Shown here piece after piece: positions 62,701 through 64,000 of a DNA stretch of 64,000 nucleotides (position 1 is the first letter of the stretch; the number at the start of each line of letters is the position of its first letter). The stretch is from IMG/VR virus record IMGVR_UViG_3300016476_000578, positions 5,191 through 69,190 of that record; one strand, given 5' to 3'. Made by a program: the position numbers and the translations under genes. The notes under the pieces are model-generated. The model was not told the DNA's origin. It did no database searches and saw only the letters and a program-made list of their open reading frames with translations. The stretch is from a virus (Duplodnaviria; Caudoviricetes).

Positions 62701-62870
62701 GTAACTACAGCAATACTATTGTGAGTGCTAGTACGTGCTATGTAGTTAAACATGTTTTCAAAGACTTCTCGATATTCTCGGTGTCGTTTTAATGTTCGAA
62801 TATGTATATCTGAAATGTGGAATATTTTATCAATTTTGTCAATCCCTACATCAATCTTTTTTATGTCCAT
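59730..62870 (-). CDS. Fused SbcD-SbcC (Mre11-Rad50; T4 gp47-gp46) nuclease-ATPase
   Basis: SDIH, GDIVH, GNHD, GDIH; Walker A NTSGKSS; coiled coil with CKYC hook; LTSGME signature; IDEGWGSLD; ISH. Confidence 0.92.
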   Translation of the reverse strand: MDIKKIDVGIDKIDKIFHISDIHIRTLKRHREYREVFENMFNYIARTSTHNSIAVVTGDIVHSKLDMSPELVQMLVDFFNGFEIPTIVILGNHDMNLNNMHRIDAVSPVLDVIRNPMITFIKENGLFELGGIVWNHMAVDVAPTEYIMANDFDATYKIALHHGAVNTAKTDIGYQISNEHVTTELFKGHDLTLLGDIHKPAQFLDDAKTIAYPGSLIQQNHGEALDHGILVWDIESKSAEFVEIHNDYGYVTLEVDGTKIVKSPHRIPNKPRVRIKFNDTSAADMKKLIATIRKKYDVQDITIQRSNTNADSAATSSFTIGNVRDVEYQNTLITDYISINHPQATADETDAIRHINRTINSKLPAVESVRHMTWHPIQFEFENMFSYGEGNIINFENLQDVCGLFAANTSGKSSLLDAITYTIFDKCSKTGKAHEVLNNKKSSFKGKFTFEMNGTNYTIERTGIKQKNGHVKVLVDFYTDTENLNGEERSDTNKAIRRYLGTYDDFILTAFSLQADNNNFIEKSQRERKDLLSQFLDITVFEQLYQLASDEIKETAGKLKTYKKTDFDIIINDADTIITNNQQDITDLESLEDEYQESRNTLQTKILQLIETKQPTTYNGPDFEELAKTESDLTKKVTQLQADIEAAETNLETLTSEYLIIKKDKRGYDETKLLADFDQLEKLEDEVSKLKSSIKKQQGVINAKQEKINHLSDHEYDPNCKYCTSNVFVQNAIEAQNTIAGDQHLLNELTKQLIELEISISLCGNVREELSELNRLKLQHQLKQTAIEKQELLIQILENDLQTRESELETCLERQELFQANKTAIKHNKFIDLEIETCKQEIESLTQKIKQTTETIRSKHGKIEVAKTTKKSAIESLDVYKQLEIEYKAYEYYLDSVKRDGVPYELIAKAMPKIEAEINNVLNQVVDFNMVLQSDGKNINGYIIYDEDNFWPLELTSGMERFISSLAIRIALINVSALPRPNFIAIDEGWGSLDADHISSVVNLFEYFRTKFDFSIIISHVDSMRDMVDNLIEVNKLNGYSQIQHS

Positions 62871-63808
62871 AACATGCCCATTTTTAAGTGCATTAACTGT
62901 TCAAATGTTAATACATCAGTATCTGCTAATATATTTGTAATAGTTTCAAATCCTAGTTCAGATGCATCTTTATCTCGAAGTTTAACAAAATATACATTTA
63001 ATCCTTCAGCTGTAAACTTTTCTGCAATTTGTATTGCATTTTTTAATGCATCTGCATCTAAGCACAAGTAGATATCTCGTACTCGTTGTTCAATTATTTT
63101 CTTTTGTAATGCTGGCTGTATAATTTTGCCGAATAGTGGAATTGCATTTCTTTTAATTGCAATTGCATCGAATGCGCCTTCGCATAATACGATTGGTTCA
63201 GACCAATTAATAAACATTTCAAAACCTATAATATCTTTAGACACTTTTGGATTTTTATGTTTTTGTGAATCTGCTTTATAGAATGCTCTACTAACAAAAT
63301 AATTTAGTTGACCATTACAATCATAACTAGGTATGATTATTTTACCAGCATATTCTCCAGATTCGCAATAACCAATTCGATATCGAATTATATCAAAAAT
63401 AGTAATACCTCTATTCTTAAGATAAAATATTGCATTTTTAAAATCCGGAGTATTTTTGTTTAACCATAACGGTTTGTATTCAGCAGGTAGTTGTACAACT
63501 TGAGTTTGTTTAGTAACATCAATATTGATATTACGATATTTAGTTGATTCAATTACTTTGTTGAGTTGATCAAACAATTGTTTCGATACATTTAATTGTT
63601 TGAATAATGAAGATATTGTTCTACCCTTTTTATCAGATATCCAACAGTGCCATGGATTTTCCCCGTTAGAATTAGTATGAATATCAATTTCTAATTTAGG
63701 TTTATAGTGAGAAACGAATGGAGAAAAGAATGCAATATTATTTCCAGACGTAGCTTTACCTTTGCCTAGAACTGATTCTAATAATTGCAGTAACTTGATA
63801 TTCTTCAT
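62861..63808 (-). CDS. DNA primase (DnaG/gp61-like)
   Basis: YLKNRGI, IIPSY, TOPRIM CEGAFDA and LDAD. Confidence 0.88.
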   Translation of the reverse strand: MKNIKLLQLLESVLGKGKATSGNNIAFFSPFVSHYKPKLEIDIHTNSNGENPWHCWISDKKGRTISSLFKQLNVSKQLFDQLNKVIESTKYRNINIDVTKQTQVVQLPAEYKPLWLNKNTPDFKNAIFYLKNRGITIFDIIRYRIGYCESGEYAGKIIIPSYDCNGQLNYFVSRAFYKADSQKHKNPKVSKDIIGFEMFINWSEPIVLCEGAFDAIAIKRNAIPLFGKIIQPALQKKIIEQRVRDIYLCLDADALKNAIQIAEKFTAEGLNVYFVKLRDKDASELGFETITNILADTDVLTFEQLMHLKMGMLWT

Positions 63809-63815
63809 TATTAAT

Positions 63816-63844
63816 AATATAATTAAATTACTGTATTAATCCAA
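63816..63844 (-). promoter_or_regulatory. Class I promoter, leaderless primase mRNA
   Basis: TTGGAT-N17-TATATT, 7 nt before ATG at 63808. Confidence 0.6.
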
Positions 63845-63964
63845 TTAATTATTAATATAATATATTATTTAATATTAGTTAGACACATACATTACATTCC
63901 TGGTCTAACGATCAATTCAATACTGAATTAATCATTTAATTAATATGAAACATTAATTTACATG

Positions 63965-63993
63965 AATATATTAAAAATTTTTCACATTTCCAA
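63965..63993 (-). promoter_or_regulatory. Second class I promoter upstream of primase
   Basis: TTGGAA-N17-TATATT. Confidence 0.55.
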
Positions 63994-64000
63994 TGTTTAG

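Overview
A 64 kb, AT-rich segment of a large T4-like (myovirus-type) bacteriophage genome. Essentially all real genes are on the minus strand. In transcription order (right to left) it holds: primase; a fused SbcD-SbcC (Mre11-Rad50) nuclease; virion/head-associated genes; terminase large subunit, portal, prohead protease, ribosomal protein bS21, scaffold and major capsid protein; PhoH; neck and tail-completion genes; a ~9.6 kb tail-fibre cassette; sheath, tube, tail-assembly chaperone pair, tape measure and baseplate genes; a replication block (compact family A polymerase, SSB, RecA/UvsX, 5'-3' exonuclease, DnaB-like helicase, class II RNR); and a nucleotide/DNA-modification block (FolE, QueD, QueE, thioredoxin, GroES, HPRT, family B polymerase, cytidylyltransferase, a second QueD-like T-fold protein, and a glycosyltransferase cut by the window edge). 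The bS21 sequence and a Gln-after-signal-peptide protein suggest a Bacteroidota host (inference). Most notable: a 7-deazaguanine pathway lacking QueC but joined to a DpdL-like/cytidylyltransferase/glycosyltransferase operon; a three-domain NTase / RNase-like / ligase-like protein punctuated by putative prohead-protease sites; a probable +1 frameshift in the tail chaperone; two polymerase families; and two promoter classes readable from the sequence. All assignments are from motif recognition by eye, with no database searches. No tRNA, CRISPR array, intron or intein was recognised.
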